Source: Syncephalis fuscata S228
Lineage: Eukaryota; Fungi; Zoopagomycota
Assembly (NCBI GenBank): GCA_025786725.1
Contig: JAHLTZ010000054.1
Span: forward strand, 36,839-100,838
Reading direction: 5' to 3'
Length of the DNA: 64,000 nt
In this document: positions 14,213 through 28,698 of the stretch, piece after piece
How positions within the stretch are numbered: the stretch's first letter is position 1
How the letters are laid out: each line of letters starts with the position of its first letter
Notes under the pieces: model-generated
What the model was told of the DNA's origin: nothing
The model's input: the letters and a program-made list of their open reading frames with translations, nothing else
Databases searched by the model: none
Program-made: the position numbers and the translations under genes

Positions 14213-15342
14213 ATGAACAACTTTATTCAAGATGTTACTCAGTTGGTGGCACCTTCTGCTGGTGCCTATGCACTATTACACGTTTTTGCCAAAACCTGTC
14301 TTATACCATTGTTGAAGCAACAGCGTCGTATTGATGCACTTTCCATTTCTGATCGAATCAATTTGGATGGATTGTAAGTAACAGAATAAGTAAATTGTTG
14401 GGCTAGTTATGACTGCTACTGCTATTAGTATTGCTACTGTTGCTACTACTACTACTACTACTGTCGTGCAGTAATAGTGGCTTGGTGCATATGCAGCTGT
14501 TACTATACCTTGTATTTGTGCTTCATTTGGTTGCTGACTTGTATTTGCTTATTAGGGCATCCTCTACGGTCCATGCTTTGCGTACGGGTATCGGCGCCAT
14601 TCGCCTTATTATGATGGCACGCGCCTGGTCCAGTGATGCCCTTCATCCATATCCTGAGGAGGCAAGAAATCTGTTGGCCGAACACGCGGGCTATACACTT
14701 TATGATCTTGCAGCTATGAGTATGCAATCATACAACCAAAACGCAATGTGGACTCACCATGGCCTTGGCATTGCTGGATCCTTGGCTATGCTTTATTATC
14801 GCCGTGCCTCGTTCTTTCCGGTAGCTTTTCTTGCTACTGAAATGACCGTGCCAATTGTCAATGCTCTTTGGCTTGTGGACAATGTTTTCAGCACGAAGAA
14901 AACACGCTATGAGGGCCGAGTTGGACAAATAAGAATGGCACTTGTTTGGCTTCGGGCCGCGGCCTTTGTCGTTTTCCGTTTGCTACTTGGTCCACTTTCC
15001 CTTTGGTATGCAATGGGACGACCAAGTGTAACACCGAGTCTTAATACGACTAATGCGAGAACGACAGCATCGTCGTCCTCGATGCTGACAGACCCCACTG
15101 GCCCGCTTGATGGATCGGTGGGCGGCAAAGATGCCATAAACCTTTACTTGCCTGTCACAACGGCATCAACAGCGTGGAAAACATTCTGGCAGCAGATGTT
15201 GCAGCTTCCTGTACCGCTTTGGGCGGGTACTGCGACTAATTTGTTTATCTTCTCCATTCTCAACGTTATTTGGACACGGGGGGCAATACGCGCACTTCAA
15301 CGCGAGCTTGCCCGTTACCGATTGGCCCAACGTACTCGTTAA
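14213..15342 (+). CDS. TLC (TRAM/LAG1/CLN8) domain membrane protein
   Basis: Exon 1 MNNFIQD...DGL, intron, then SSTVHA, GYTLYDL, MWTHH, LATEMTVPIVNALW, AFVVFRL, LNVIW; multiple hydrophobic helices. Confidence 0.8.
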
Positions 15343-18218
15343 ACAAGGGATGAAACTGCACAACAAAGTCAACGTTATAACTTATGCCTTTGACCTATAA
15401 CAAAATGGCTACACTTCTTTTAGTTCTTACAAAAAAGCGCCCTTCTATTACCCTGTAGTTGCAACAAAGAAAAAAGACACATCTCACAAAGATCACATTA
15501 ATAACAATGACAACGGCATAAAAAACAGAGTTCTTTCTATCAAAAACACCACCTTTACATTTACATCCCCCCTAACAAAATGATAATAATAGCACGTCTG
15601 AATGGCTATTATTGCTATTATTAGTGCTAATGATGCTATTACTCCGCCATTATGAGTAAACTCTATTACTACACCATTCATTCATTCATTTACGCACTTG
15701 TTCACTTAATGTGTAAATATTTTCTTCTTTGGCTATTTAGTTATTATTAATATAAACTATTTTGATATATATGTATTTATATACATGTACATTGTTGCAA
15801 TTATAAATGATACTATAAATGCCCAGTTCACTCTGTTACAGGTATATCAAACACTTTTATTGATACTCCTAGTGCAATGTTCCATTTACACAAAAATAGC
15901 AATAAAAGCTAGATGTCTTTCTCAATAGGTTATTAATTCAGATTTCTACGTAAAAGTATTTTACAATTGCTACAGTCATTGGTGTTTAACCAGCATCATT
16001 TGTTATACTACAATCAATAGCCATGCTCATTGGCAATTGCCGTGTTTCAAATAACAAACTGCGCTTACAACTCCTTCCTTGCCCCTTCTTTCTTTTTTTG
16101 ATGGTACACCTATATATAAATTTCTGCTTGCCAATTCGGGAACCAGTCGTATTAAATCGACCACTGTAGTGGCAACGACTACTTTTATCTGTTTTACACT
16201 TTTAAACAATACAACCCGTGCCACACTATTTTTTTACATTCAAGCATTCTACTAGGTGCACATTAGCATATACGTAGCATAGGCAAACAGAAAAACGAGC
16301 CGACCAACCGACTGATAAATAGACATATACACGTAATTCGTATTCACATTATCGTCGTAATAGTCGCCGTTACTGCTGTTGTTGCCACCATTGTTGCTAT
16401 CATTGTTACTTTCTACCGCCTCCTTCTTGCTACTCCTTTCTTCTTCCCCGTCTAAATCAATTCTGGTAAGTGATCGTTCTATTCTTTGTTGTTTAACAAA
16501 GAAAGTCGGGCCGTTATCATGTTTTGCTTCTGAACCATGTAGGGCCCACCAAAAAAGGCGATGAATGCGTGCTTATCCACATGTTAATGAACTACAAAGC
16601 ATTGTTGTTGTTATTATGCATAGCAATTGTACTAGGCCAGTCATAACTACTTAGGGCCAGGTACAACCTCCTCGTACTTGTCCTCCTCTAGCCCGTCTAT
16701 TATTCATTATAGCCTGCTTGTGCGCAGTCTCCTCATCCTCCTCATCCTCATCCTCCTCCTTCTAATTTTTTTCTTTCGAATAATAGTCTCCTTCTTTATG
16801 AACCATCTGTTTTGACAGTGTTCTGTTACACGACTTTCCTTACACACACAACACAAAGTGTAAGAATAGTGTAGTGAGGAGTTTAGTCTTTACTGCCTCT
16901 CTTCTCTCTCTTCTCTCTCTATTACTGGTCGCCTCTACTCCCCTTTTGCTGCTCACTTAACTTTCCGCCTATCTTATTCGACCTTCGTCGTTTCGTTTCC
17001 CCTGCGCCTCTCATAACCAACCATAGTAGCCACAGCGCCATCTACTTATTCATTTACTTTACCGGTGATTAGTTAGTCTTTACACTTTATACTTACGTAG
17101 TCTTATTTATGCTGGTGTGGCCGCACCAGCAACAATCTATTAGTTTATGTAAGGAATGCAAATATTGCTATGTTTGATATGCTGGCTATTATTATCAATG
17201 GATACTGCCATATGATAGGAGCGGACATGAACTGTCGGCAGGTCGCGTGTCTTGATTCCTTCGTTTTGCTATGCTTGGTAATTCGGCGGGCGGTGTTATG
17301 AACGCATTTGCCTTTAACGGCACGTTTATCTATCGGCCACGTTTTTTTGTGTCCATTTGGCGTGGCGTTCTTTAGTTAAGCGCAAATATTTTGCTTAATC
17401 TATGTTTCTTCGCTTCTTCGTTTCTTTCCTATCAAGCTTTATATTCGTTAAACACATTGACTAGATCTCTTTAAAGATTCTACTTCGTTTAAACCAGCTC
17501 TTTGTTACACATAACACAGCATATCCATTTTGGGCGGTACGCTGTCTGTCCCACGTCGTTTTCAGCTTGGCATACGATTGAGTTGCATTCTATGACATTA
17601 TTGGTAATCATTTATTAGATAGATAATTGCCTTTCAATTTGTAGCCATTGCATTGGATTGGACATAGAACTATCTAAAAGACGAATCGTATTGAGTTGAA
17701 TTTGTCTTTATTTAATGATAGACTAGGATAGATGCATATTATTTAATAATTATTACAAAGGAATCATCTAATCTACGCACTATTACGCTTTTTTTATTCC
17801 TTCTATTAACAAAAAAGGCTATTATTATTATTATTATTATTTTCCTATTTTATAGTTTGACAATTTTAATTAACTATTGAAATAGCAAATTAATATTATT
17901 TCATTAATTAGTATTTACATAAATTTGCTAGTTTATTAATCAATTGATTTAACAATACGTTAATCAGTTGACTAGCCTAATTTAGACGGAATAACAAAGT
18001 ATGTACACACATACCTGTACACGCGATAATAACTATTAGATAAATACAATTGACTAACATTTTGTTGTTGTTGTTGTTCTTTCCTATTAGCAACAGCATA
18101 TTGAACAAGTAGCACGCGCTACTTTCACTTTTAATCTGGTGTGGTTGATTTATTATTTAGCCGTGGCATGGCGTTGAAATGCCTATGGACTATGCCTCTG
18201 CAGGTATCTAGCCGTGCC

Positions 18219-19808
18219 ATGCAACTAAAATGGCAACATTTTAGTCTGCTTCTTTTTATACTGGCTATATCTACGATCTCAGTTGTTTCGGCAGGTACAA
18301 TAACTTCTGGTAAGTAAACGATAATGGATAGAGCATTTGGTTGAAGTCAATGATAAGCCAATTTAGCATCTATAGTATCTATGATGATTTTGAACCAAAT
18401 ACAACTATTAGTGGCTTGTAATGTATGCTAATTTATGATATTGATTTAATTTATAAATCTATAGATCGTCAAACACTTTTACGACGTGCCGATTGTCCGG
18501 CTGGCCAAACCTTTTGTGATAAGTTTGGCTGTGTTGCCGGTATTCGATGCCCACACGGTAAGCTGAATGACAACTATTGCATTTGATACGCATGGCTAAC
18601 TACTACTCAATTCTACTAGCTTGTGCCTACTTTGATAGCATGCAGGCATGCGACCGTATCCAGGTTAATGGCAACAAGTGCGTTTGGTGGGGATCACAAT
18701 GTATTCCAAGTAAGTTATTAAAAACAGTTTAACAAAGGATTGTTCTAACGCTTGTTACTTATTCTGCAAACTACATTGATGTCTGTAATAGATGTCCAGT
18801 GCTCCATGGTTAATGGTCAATGTTCTGATGACTGCAATCTATGCGGCGTTTACGGTTGTGTGCCACGCGGCAATAAATGCCCACAAGGTAAGCTGTCAAT
18901 TTAATACACGACAACGATAATAACTACAACATTTGCTAATTTATACAACTAGCCTGCGAAGCGTTTACCAACACTAATAATTGCAACCAGCATTTAGCTA
19001 GTAATGGTATTAATTGTCAATGGAATACACAGCGGAATATGTGTGGATATGGTAAGTAGTTGCAGCGATAATTATAGCTATTAAATTATTGGATTTACTA
19101 ACAGTTTATCATTTAGCTGTTGGTGCTACACCTCTCGACCAACTCCAGTTTTCACCTAGTGCAATTGGTGGATCGCATCGCCTGCACCGAACCCATTGGA
19201 ATTATTACGAATGATGCGTAACAATAGATAGCCAATAGTCCATCTCGATCCCCTGATGGTATTCCAATTTCAGCGGTCAAATGGCCGCCTTGTCTGGCTC
19301 ACCTACTGCAATGCCCAATTCAGTGGCCGGCAACAGTGCTGTCACTGGTGGAGGAGAGAAGCTTGGCAGTACTTCCGTTGATAATGCTGGATCTTCTAAC
19401 AGCGCCAATTCAGCTACAGGTATTCCATCTGCAAAAGAAAGTAATCCTTCTGGTACCACTGCTACTCCCAATGCCAGCTCAAGCCCCTCACCACCTAATA
19501 GCAGTGACAATAGTTCGAATAATGAAGCACAAGATGGCAATATGCTGCAAACGTCATCCAGTGGATCCATTAAGATTTGGGGCGCATTTTGTGGCGTGGC
19601 GGTAGCATTGGTCGCTATTGCTGGTATTGCCTTTTTAGTTGTACAACAGCGTATGCGTGCACGTCGCGAACTACTCGCTGAGCAAAGAAATGCAGAAATG
19701 CATAATGTACATCCAGAACATCGACGTGAATCATTGTTACCTTATGTACAAAATGTACTTGGATCTAATAATGCTATTCAGCCTCCACCTGCCGCCGTTA
19801 ATCATTAA
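18219..19808 (+). CDS. Type I cell-surface protein: signal peptide, two Cys-rich repeats, Ser/Gly/Asn stalk, TM helix, short tail
   Basis: Exon 1 MQLKWQHFSLLLFILAISTISVVSA; four Cys-rich exons with phase-1 GT-AG introns; ORF 19281-19808 has an S/G/N stalk and TM IWGAFCGVAVALVAIAGIAFLVV; apparent indels near 19170-19280. Confidence 0.75.
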
Positions 19809-20519
19809 TTGTAGTGTATTGGTCACTGGTCATTACTAATTGCTACACTACTTTGTTGTTGCTGTTGTTATTTTTGCTGTTGTTGTTATCAGTATCCTCT
19901 TTATTACAATATTGAAGCTCTACTTATGGCTTCCATTGAACCATAATGATGATGACGATGAAAACTATAGCAAAAGACAACAAAATAATAAGGATTTATC
20001 CATTGTTTGTTTTGTTTTTTTGGCATAGATTACGTACATTGCTGCCATCGCAATTATACTATTACTTTACTATTAGTTTCTCTGTTCTTTTTTACGAAAG
20101 AACAACTACCGCTTCTACATTGTCACGATCAGTGTCACGCTTGTCGTTTAATTTCTTTTGATCGTGTATTCCTTCACTTTCTTGCCGTATATGTGCATGT
20201 TGCCAATGAGACTGAACATTACTACCTTACTACGATGACATTATCATATATTCTACGTGTTCAGCCATGTTACTGTGTTGTATGTCACATATATTTCTGA
20301 TCAACAAAAGTATGCAGTTTTATTCATTAACAATCGTTGTCTACCTATATTATATAAGTTTGTTGAACACAATTATGTTTAATTATTTGATGTGCAAATT
20401 TAAAATGGCTTTATAATGCATTGCTGATATAGATTATTGAAATTGACATGTATTATATGACTAATGTATTTCAGTAATTGTCTGTTTATAATTTCAATAT
20501 CAATAGTTTTATATTATTA

Positions 20520-21501
20520 TTATTGCTCCTCTTGTAGGTTCTTTTGGTGTGCCTCTAGTGTACGCGCCAAATCACTTGGTACACGTTCCAATAGCGAGGT
20601 TAGTTGCTGTGCCGGTGCTGAAAGCAGTGCTAGCAATTCTGCACGCAATGTTTGGATATCTGGCAAGTCTGAGACACGGCGGATACCATCGGCACTGAAC
20701 CATTGGGCGTCAAACCGGCCACCTAGTAAAATAAGCTTACGGTTCTTTTGTAAAGCCGCAAGTACACGTTTTATAGTGGCTGGATCCGCAGCGTTTGGCA
20801 CCGGATCAGTCGTGGCCGTAGCGTCATTTGATGCATCGATAGGTGCAGCAGCCAAACGTACAAGACATGTTGGACCACAAAGCCAGGCCCGTAATGCATC
20901 GAATGACGGCTGACGTGGAATAGCAGCACGCATAATGGCCACACGCGCTACTTCAAGTATTGCATTAGGATCAGTTGTATCGGTGCTCATCGGCACCATG
21001 GCCGTTGTATTGGCAAATGCTGCTCGTAACTCAGATCGCAAATTTACAAGTTCAGCCGATGTCATATTATTGTGCTGCAATACAAGAACACCTCCGGCAG
21101 CCAATCGACTATTAGAGCTCATGATATCGCGATAATGCGTAAAAAGATATTCTTTTCGCTCTGGAAACGGTTGATTTGGTCGTCGTACAGCAAATGCCGG
21201 TTTATATTTCTTATTGCTGCTTGATGCAGTCGCTGCAGAAGAATCTAAAATAGACGCTGATCAGTAATCTGCATACAAGATTCATTTAAACTAACATGTT
21301 CTTGCTACTATAGACGTGAATCTAACGATATGCGGCTTTGCTGTTACATTGTTGGCTATTGTCGCTAATAGAAATTGCGCGTAATAATAAAATAAAAAGA
21401 TTAGACAATATATTTAAATCATTCAGTTACTTACAATAACTAGACCGGTGCTGTGTCTTTGCGGCAGCACGCAGCGTAGTGGCCAAAGTACGCGACCACA
21501 T
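20520..21501 (-). CDS. Mitochondrial ribosomal protein uL10m
   Basis: Targeting-like MWSRTLATTLRAAAK; LQHNNMTSAEL..LRSEL, LCGPTCLV, KLILLGGRFD, LPDIQTLRAELLALLSAPAQQL. Confidence 0.85.
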
Positions 21502-22322
21502 ACTGAAAAAGCGTCAAAAAGTGTTAACGAACCAAAAAAAAGAGTAAGCTATTACAAGCTTATAATATGTATCTTTGTTTATGTGTAAGTTTGTGTGTAT
21601 AAGTTAGTGTGTGTGTATATATAATAATAATGGGGACGAATGAATTGATGAAATGTATTCACACACACACACACACACAATGAGTCCCCACACACTGACA
21701 CACACACTGACACACAATACACAGCCATCAATAAAGGATCCACGTAGTATTACTGGTGGGGTGGATTCACTCTCGTCCAAACGTACGCCACGTCTACATC
21801 CATTGTACTGGCCGCTTTAACGCGTATAAGCGCTTATTCACAGGTAGGATGACACTTGGATGCCCAGACATCTAGATGCAGTAGATGGATGGATGGATGG
21901 ATAGTTGACATTGTAGCATGGGTGTGTATGCATATCGATGGAAAGCGGCTGCTTTGACAAGTAGAAGCCACAACAGTACATGGCATTAGTGCAAGACAAC
22001 ACATTTGAACAGAACATTGTCTTGAACACTAATATAATAGCCATAGATATGGTTTTTATTTAAATACACAATAATAGCCATTGCTATTGCTGTTGCTGTT
22101 ATTGTCATTATTACTGTTATTGTAATGCCGGCTTGGCTTTACCGCTAACGTCAGCGTTGACGTCGACAGTATTGATAGCAGTAGCAATAGTAATAACAAT
22201 AACAACAACAAGCTATTGCTACTATGCGTCACTACTTACTCATCTATTATAATACCTTTGATACTTTCTTAATACTTATGTACTAACTATATGTTTTATT
22301 GTTGTTGTTGTTGCAAATAGCC

Positions 22323-23532
22323 ATGGCCAGCGTCGCATCTGTAAACCCATTTACTTATCTTAACGACGACGACGAGGGCAACAACACTGCCCCAACTGTC
22401 GTCGCTCCAGCAGCACCAAAAGATAAGAAGCAGGCTGCCAAGGACAAAAAGGCCGCTGCCGCTAAGGCTGCCGCTGCTCCAGCTGCCAAGGCTGCTGCTG
22501 CTCCAGAAAAGAGCCGCTCCAAGCCAACTGGTCCACGTACCGGTGCTCCAGCTGCTCGCGCCACTGGTGAAGGTAAGTGTAGATCATAATGATAGTTAGC
22601 TATCTATAGACTGACCTGTATGCCTATAACTTACAATAATCATTATAATGATTGTTATAACTACTTTCTAGGTCGCAACTATGAGGCTGAATCTCGCGAT
22701 GCTAATCGCACACGTCGCGGTGGTGCCGCCCCTCGTCGTGGAGCTCGTGGTGCTGGTCGCGGTGGTCGCGGTCGCGAACACGATCGCCATAGCGCCACTG
22801 GTCTAGTGTAAGTGTCGATTGCGGTTATATGGTGTACTATAGTTACTTACATGCATGCATGAATAGCGACTCCAAGAAGAAGGTCGAGCAAGGATGGGGC
22901 CATACCGGCGCTGACTACAGCGAGACTGACAAGCCTGCTACGTAAGTGCATATAGCGTGCCACAGCTAACAGATAGATATTAATACACTATGCAGCAAGG
23001 CTACTGAGGAAACTGTCGAGGAGGTGTCCGAGGAGGACCAGGAACCACCTGTGAAGACACTCGATCAATACATCAACGAGCGCGCCGAAAAGCTCAAGTC
23101 AGCTGGCATTGAGTCTCTAGAGGCACGCAAGGTCGAGGCTGCTTCGCAGTGGAAGAACACCACTGTACTTAAGACCGAAGAGACTGACTTTTTCATTGGC
23201 AAGGTAAGCAGCTAGCCTTGGGTTGATTAATCAACAAACCACGGCATAAGCGACTATATGCACACTATATGCAACTACAGCTTATTAACAAACAAACAAT
23301 TTTACATTAGTCTCAATCTACTACCCAGAAACAAAAGAAGAAGAAGCAAAACAAGGTTGTTGTCTCAATTGAGCAGCGCTTTGAAGAAACTTCATCATCG
23401 TTCTCTTCTCGCAGCACCCGCGGTGGTAGCCGTGGTGGTCGCGGTGGTCGCGGCGGTCGTGGTGGCAGCAGCCGCTCCGGCTCCGGTGCCATGAACGTTG
23501 ATGACCAGAGCGCCTTCCCCGCTCTTGGATAA
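22323..23532 (+). CDS. STM1: Stm1/SERBP1 (hyaluronan/mRNA-binding) ribosome hibernation factor
   Basis: SVNPFTYL, RGG boxes, REHDRHSATG, GWG, KTLDQY, C-terminal NVDDQSAFPALG; 5 exons. Confidence 0.9.
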
Positions 23533-24253
23533 ATCGCCACATTCTTTTCTACGGGAGGGCCATAATGAGCGACGATCAGCGAGTGTAGGAATGCCGTTGT
23601 AGAGCATAATGGCTACACCTACGTGCACCACAATCAATGATTGCACTCATTTGCGGCCCTTTTTTATCCATGACCAACTATTACTACAACAGCAGCGGCA
23701 CAGTGAATTCTGAATTGAGTGGTTTTAACAATTCGTGATTAAATACTGGAATCTTAAACTGTAGTAATGAATTTATTGATAGCCAAATTCAAAAAGTGTA
23801 TAGTTTAATTATATGGCAATGATGATAATTAATGTTATTACCAGTGTCTATACCAACAATGTTACAATACAAAGTATACGAATGTTTTTACGTCTTTTTA
23901 TTCGTTTATAACTTTACAGTGTTTATAGCTATTTGTAGTAATCAATAAATCATTGAACACTTTTATACAATAAATATAGTCTTTCCTCTCCTTTTCAAAG
24001 TACTGCGCTATTCTATACTACTTTTCTTTATCACACAGTGCGCTCCTTAACGCCCACACCATCCCACGCCTTCGTTGCCTGCCTCTCTCTCTCTTTCTCT
24101 CTCTCTCTCTTACTTACTCTCTTACTTGCTCACTTGCTCACTTGCTCTTCCCTTCTCCTTCTGTTCTGTCGTCCAGTACCCATTGGGTGTGCTTGATTGC
24201 GCGCTTGAACTCTAATTGAAATCGAGATTCCTTTTCATCTATTCGTTCTTCAA

Positions 24254-26409
24254 TGGCCGAGATCAACGATGGGACGGCAGCCGACCCTCCAGGCGGGCAT
24301 CTCCCCGACATTGATCGCGGTAGCGGCAATCTACTTCATACACAGCATAGTATGAAGCCAAAGGCCATTGCGATGACACCTAACGCGACGGCAACCTCCA
24401 CAGCGCTATCGTCACCTCAGTAAGTACAGCTTTGGGATTGTGGATAGTTGGCAGTGATTGGGCCAGCAATCGGATTAGTATTTGGCTTTTAGTAAACACG
24501 CTTGAGCCTGCGAAGCTTCTAGACTTTATTATTATGCGTTCGCTATGCTCGATTCGTACGATCGGGCAGTTGCGTTGAGAATGGACATGCGAATCTTGCT
24601 ATTGATTCTTTAATATTGTTTATTTTTCTTTTTTCTCTGCCATTCTCATCTACCACCAATAACTTTGGTCGTAAAGCACATGTAAACGACATGGACACAT
24701 AATATATGTTTAATAAGCTTTTTCATTTTATGATTATATATTTGTTGTTATTTCTCTGTGCACACACTCTCTTACGTTCTACTTTCTTTCCCTCTGTGTG
24801 TGAGTGAATAATGGTGATACCACAATTATTGGATTGCCTTTTTGGGACTAGTTTATTTATAGACTTTTAATTATTTACGCTGTTGAACAGCACTGTACGC
24901 ATAGTTTTATCACAATCATTAGTGGCCGCTTTGCTAAAGCACGTCTGTAATGACTCCATACTACCAGTATTTGGCTATCTTGGTGGACATACTGGCCAGG
25001 TGGCGGTAGAGGTGATGCACAAGGCCGTCGACATGAATATCTAGTTTGTCATGTCAGTGACTTTGTGGCCTCTGAGCGGTAAGTTAGGCGATAGTATTAA
25101 TGATTTGTGGCTGATGGACTATGGCTATTTAAAGTGCCGTTGACACAGTACTTAATGAATTGCCTGAAGAGACGATTGGTTCATTGGAACGGGCAACTTT
25201 GCTTTTCCGTGATCGAGGACTTGATTGTATCGGATGGTATCGCAGGTAAGTAGAGACTGATCATTAATTGTATACACTATAGTATTTACTATTTTTATGT
25301 GTAATAGTGCGCCTGGAAAGCTGACCTTTCAGCCTACATTGATGGATTTTCAACGACAACGACATATGCAACGTCAAGTAAGTGGTGTTAATTACCATTA
25401 ACATATACTTTATATTCTAATTTATCCCAGTTTCCTTGGTCGGTAGGAGCACTGTTGACACCACCACCCATTGAAGATGGCGGCTATTTAGGCGATATTT
25501 CTCCTTCTTTTACTATTTTCCGAGTCCTTTCCAATTTTCTTAATGATCGATACGATACTACTTGTAATAACACACTATCATCTATCTCACGGCCAATTGA
25601 CGTGCCAAGTGCCATTGTCCAGGTGCCGTTTGCATTTGCATCGCGAACGGTGACGGATCCAGTGCTATTTCGTAGACATCAGCACGTGCTTATGGTAACG
25701 AAGATTTGCAACTGGTCATTTAACACTGACGACTTACAACTTGACGGCAGAATACACTGGCTGAGTCTAGAAAGGCCCATGCTTTGCAACTGGCCGATAA
25801 TGAGAACCGACGGGGCGCGTGTACAATTGCCGATACAGAATACGATGCCTTTTTGACGGATTTTTGGAAATCAAGTGTTGTAGAGGTAAATAAGCTATTA
25901 TAGCTTGTCTATGCTATCTAATAATATAATGTCTAGTTAAGCAAATCTATAGAACATGATTTCGGTCACTGGCTGTGCATAAAGTACAGCTAAAGCAGCA
26001 AGTTGCTGACCGTATCCGTTCGCTGACCTATCTACGAGCCAAGCAGCAGTTGCAACAGCAACATCAGCATGCAATGCTAAACGAAAATGGTGCAGACCAA
26101 ATGGCTGCTGCATTAGCATCAAGTGCCCATGACATTGAACAGCTATTGGCCATGGTAAAAACTACATAGTTGTAAATATAGTGGATAATTAATTGCTGTA
26201 TTATAGTTAATGAAACCTGTAAAGGCAAATCCTGATTATGGATCATTGGTCACTACGACAGTACCACCGTCCACAGTACATCGATCCTTGCCACATCGTT
26301 GGTATACTCATGCTGGCATGCCACCATCATCGGCTGATGTGGATAGTAACAAGAAAGTCAAACAGCATCGATTTCAAAATCAATTATTACTGATTTAGAC
26401 ACGGTATGT

Positions 26410-26454
<45 letters not shown>

Positions 26455-27329
26455 GACGTCTATTTAATATTAATCTATTACTGTTATAGAAACAAATGAC
26501 TAAAACTTCAAATCACCGCCGTGGTAAACAAGCAGTAAACCGACTATAGCTACCATCAATTCAACAACGATCGGCAATGGTTATTCAAAACGGGCCAAAT
26601 TATCGACTGGTAAGAAAATAGTAAATTCTTTGGTGTCACTTCAATGAAACCCATCAACAGCCTACAGTATCGACAATCATCACTAATCCCACCTTCCGTA
26701 ACATTGCAGCTATACCTGAAAATACAGCGGCTACATTAAACACGCACACAGCACCAATAGCTAGTCAATGGAAGAGAAGAGACGAAGATGAAGAGAGATT
26801 AATAGAGGGTGGTATAAGTTGCAACACTTTATTAACTAGTAATCTATTAAGAAAGTCCTCTTTACCATTGCCACCAGTATCAGCTCTATTTGATGATACT
26901 AACACTAACACTAATAAGCCTAATGGGTCAGTAATCGAAACAACGACAACCGACATTATTCCAACAGCAACTAAGAACGATCATTCATTGATTAGCCAGC
27001 CTGTGTTATCTGATACATCGCAACCAATACCGTCCATAGTATCGCCACCCATCCTTAATGGCGATTCTTTAGCACATCACCTACCAACTGGTCCGGCACG
27101 TCGAGAATCGTTTACTGACGTTGATATTTATCGCTTTACACAGCCTAGTCATTCTAGTTTAATGGATATGGAAGCAGCAAATCATCAACGATCAAGCATT
27201 ATTACCACAGCCCATCTCGCATCAGCAACTGCATCTAACACGACTGCAATGGCCACCGTCTCCTCTTCGACCATGACCATGACAGCAGCATCTACACCGT
27301 TAACGGCCAAATCTCACGTTGATTTATAG
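24254..27329 (+). CDS. MPN/JAB-domain protein with degenerate JAMM motif and long low-complexity C-terminus
   Basis: Spliced translation LLKHVCNDSILPVFGYLGGH...DRGLDCIGWYRS|APGKLTFQPTLMDFQRQRHMQ aligns by eye with the MPN consensus (H...E+.GLLGG...VGWYHSHP....PS..D...Q); downstream exons partly frameshifted. Confidence 0.6.
26411..26451. repeat. (AAT)n intronic microsatellite
   Basis: About 13 perfect taa units. Confidence 0.9.
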
Positions 27330-28698
27330 CCCATGATACGTCACTACTATTGCCTAGACTTTCCCTTTTCGTATTTCCTGTATATTTATTGCATAGGTAT
27401 TTATATGATTACTGATTTATGGGCTATATTCATTTATGACCATTTATTTGGCCGATAATTTTGTTTAATGACTTCGATATCTTCTATACAATGCTTATCT
27501 TTTTATTCTCGCGATTATATAGTGCTTTTTATAGCCATTACGATATACACACATAAATAAATACACAAATAAATAAGTAGCTCAATACCAGTGACTGCCT
27601 AGCATAAAGTGTTTGTAGGCAAGTATGGTAAGCTATTTTGATCATGCAAGCGCCTTCATTATTTGTCTAATCTATTTGGTGTGAATTTTACTATTCGTCC
27701 ATGTGTATAATTACTATCTATAGTTATAGCTGTAGAAAACTTATCGCTTAGACCATTTAGGCGACCATTATTAGTCATAGCTATTGCCGTATGGATCGGT
27801 TCCTTGCACTAAACGATAAATAAAATACCGCTTCTTTTGATACCTCGTGTTTTTGTTGTTTGATTTGTTCAATGCTACAAAAAAATAATTAACACTCATA
27901 CGTATTTGGCAGTGTCATTTTTTGAAACCACCCACCACGTGCTGCGGATGATAAACTTGATAACGGTAATTTAAATTTACTCTAAATGGTATTGCTTATT
28001 GCAGCAATTAATTTATGTAATTACATTATTGATTATGCGTAAAAACTAATAAACTATTTTAATTGTTTTGTGAATATCATTAATTATATTCTAGTTTATT
28101 TATTTGTATGCGAATAAATTACTATTATTTATTATCATGCTAATTTATTGCAATTGTTGATTATCGTTAGAAAAATGATAAATAGAGGAGATATGTTTTA
28201 AAACATATTCAATCCCCGTCAGTGTTTGAGCATGGCATTGCATTCGTCCTGATTTGTTGGACTGCCAAATGGAGCTATAGTCGAATGCAACTGAATTGGC
28301 AGAAAAGCGGAGAATTGTTATACGTTGTTCAGAGTTTGAGTTTTAAGGAGCAAAGCAGATTTCTATGATATAGCCAATCAAACATTTTAAAACTATGGAT
28401 TGCTAGAATGGCGCGGAACTGTACTACTAGAACAACATCCTAATTGAGATTCGGCATTTCCACATTTACACGAGCCATATGTCTTCTAAACAAAGCCCGT
28501 GTAGATGGAATATTTGTACGTCTTCTATCGCGGCGATTGATAATGCTATTCTGCTATAAATATCTGACATTTATGTTTCTAGCCCAGTCAATCGCTACTA
28601 CACTTCTACATTCGCTACTTTTCATTTAGCTACACTTAACGCTACTGATTAACGCTACCTCGCTTTCTACAATTTACACTTAACGTTACTTTATTATC

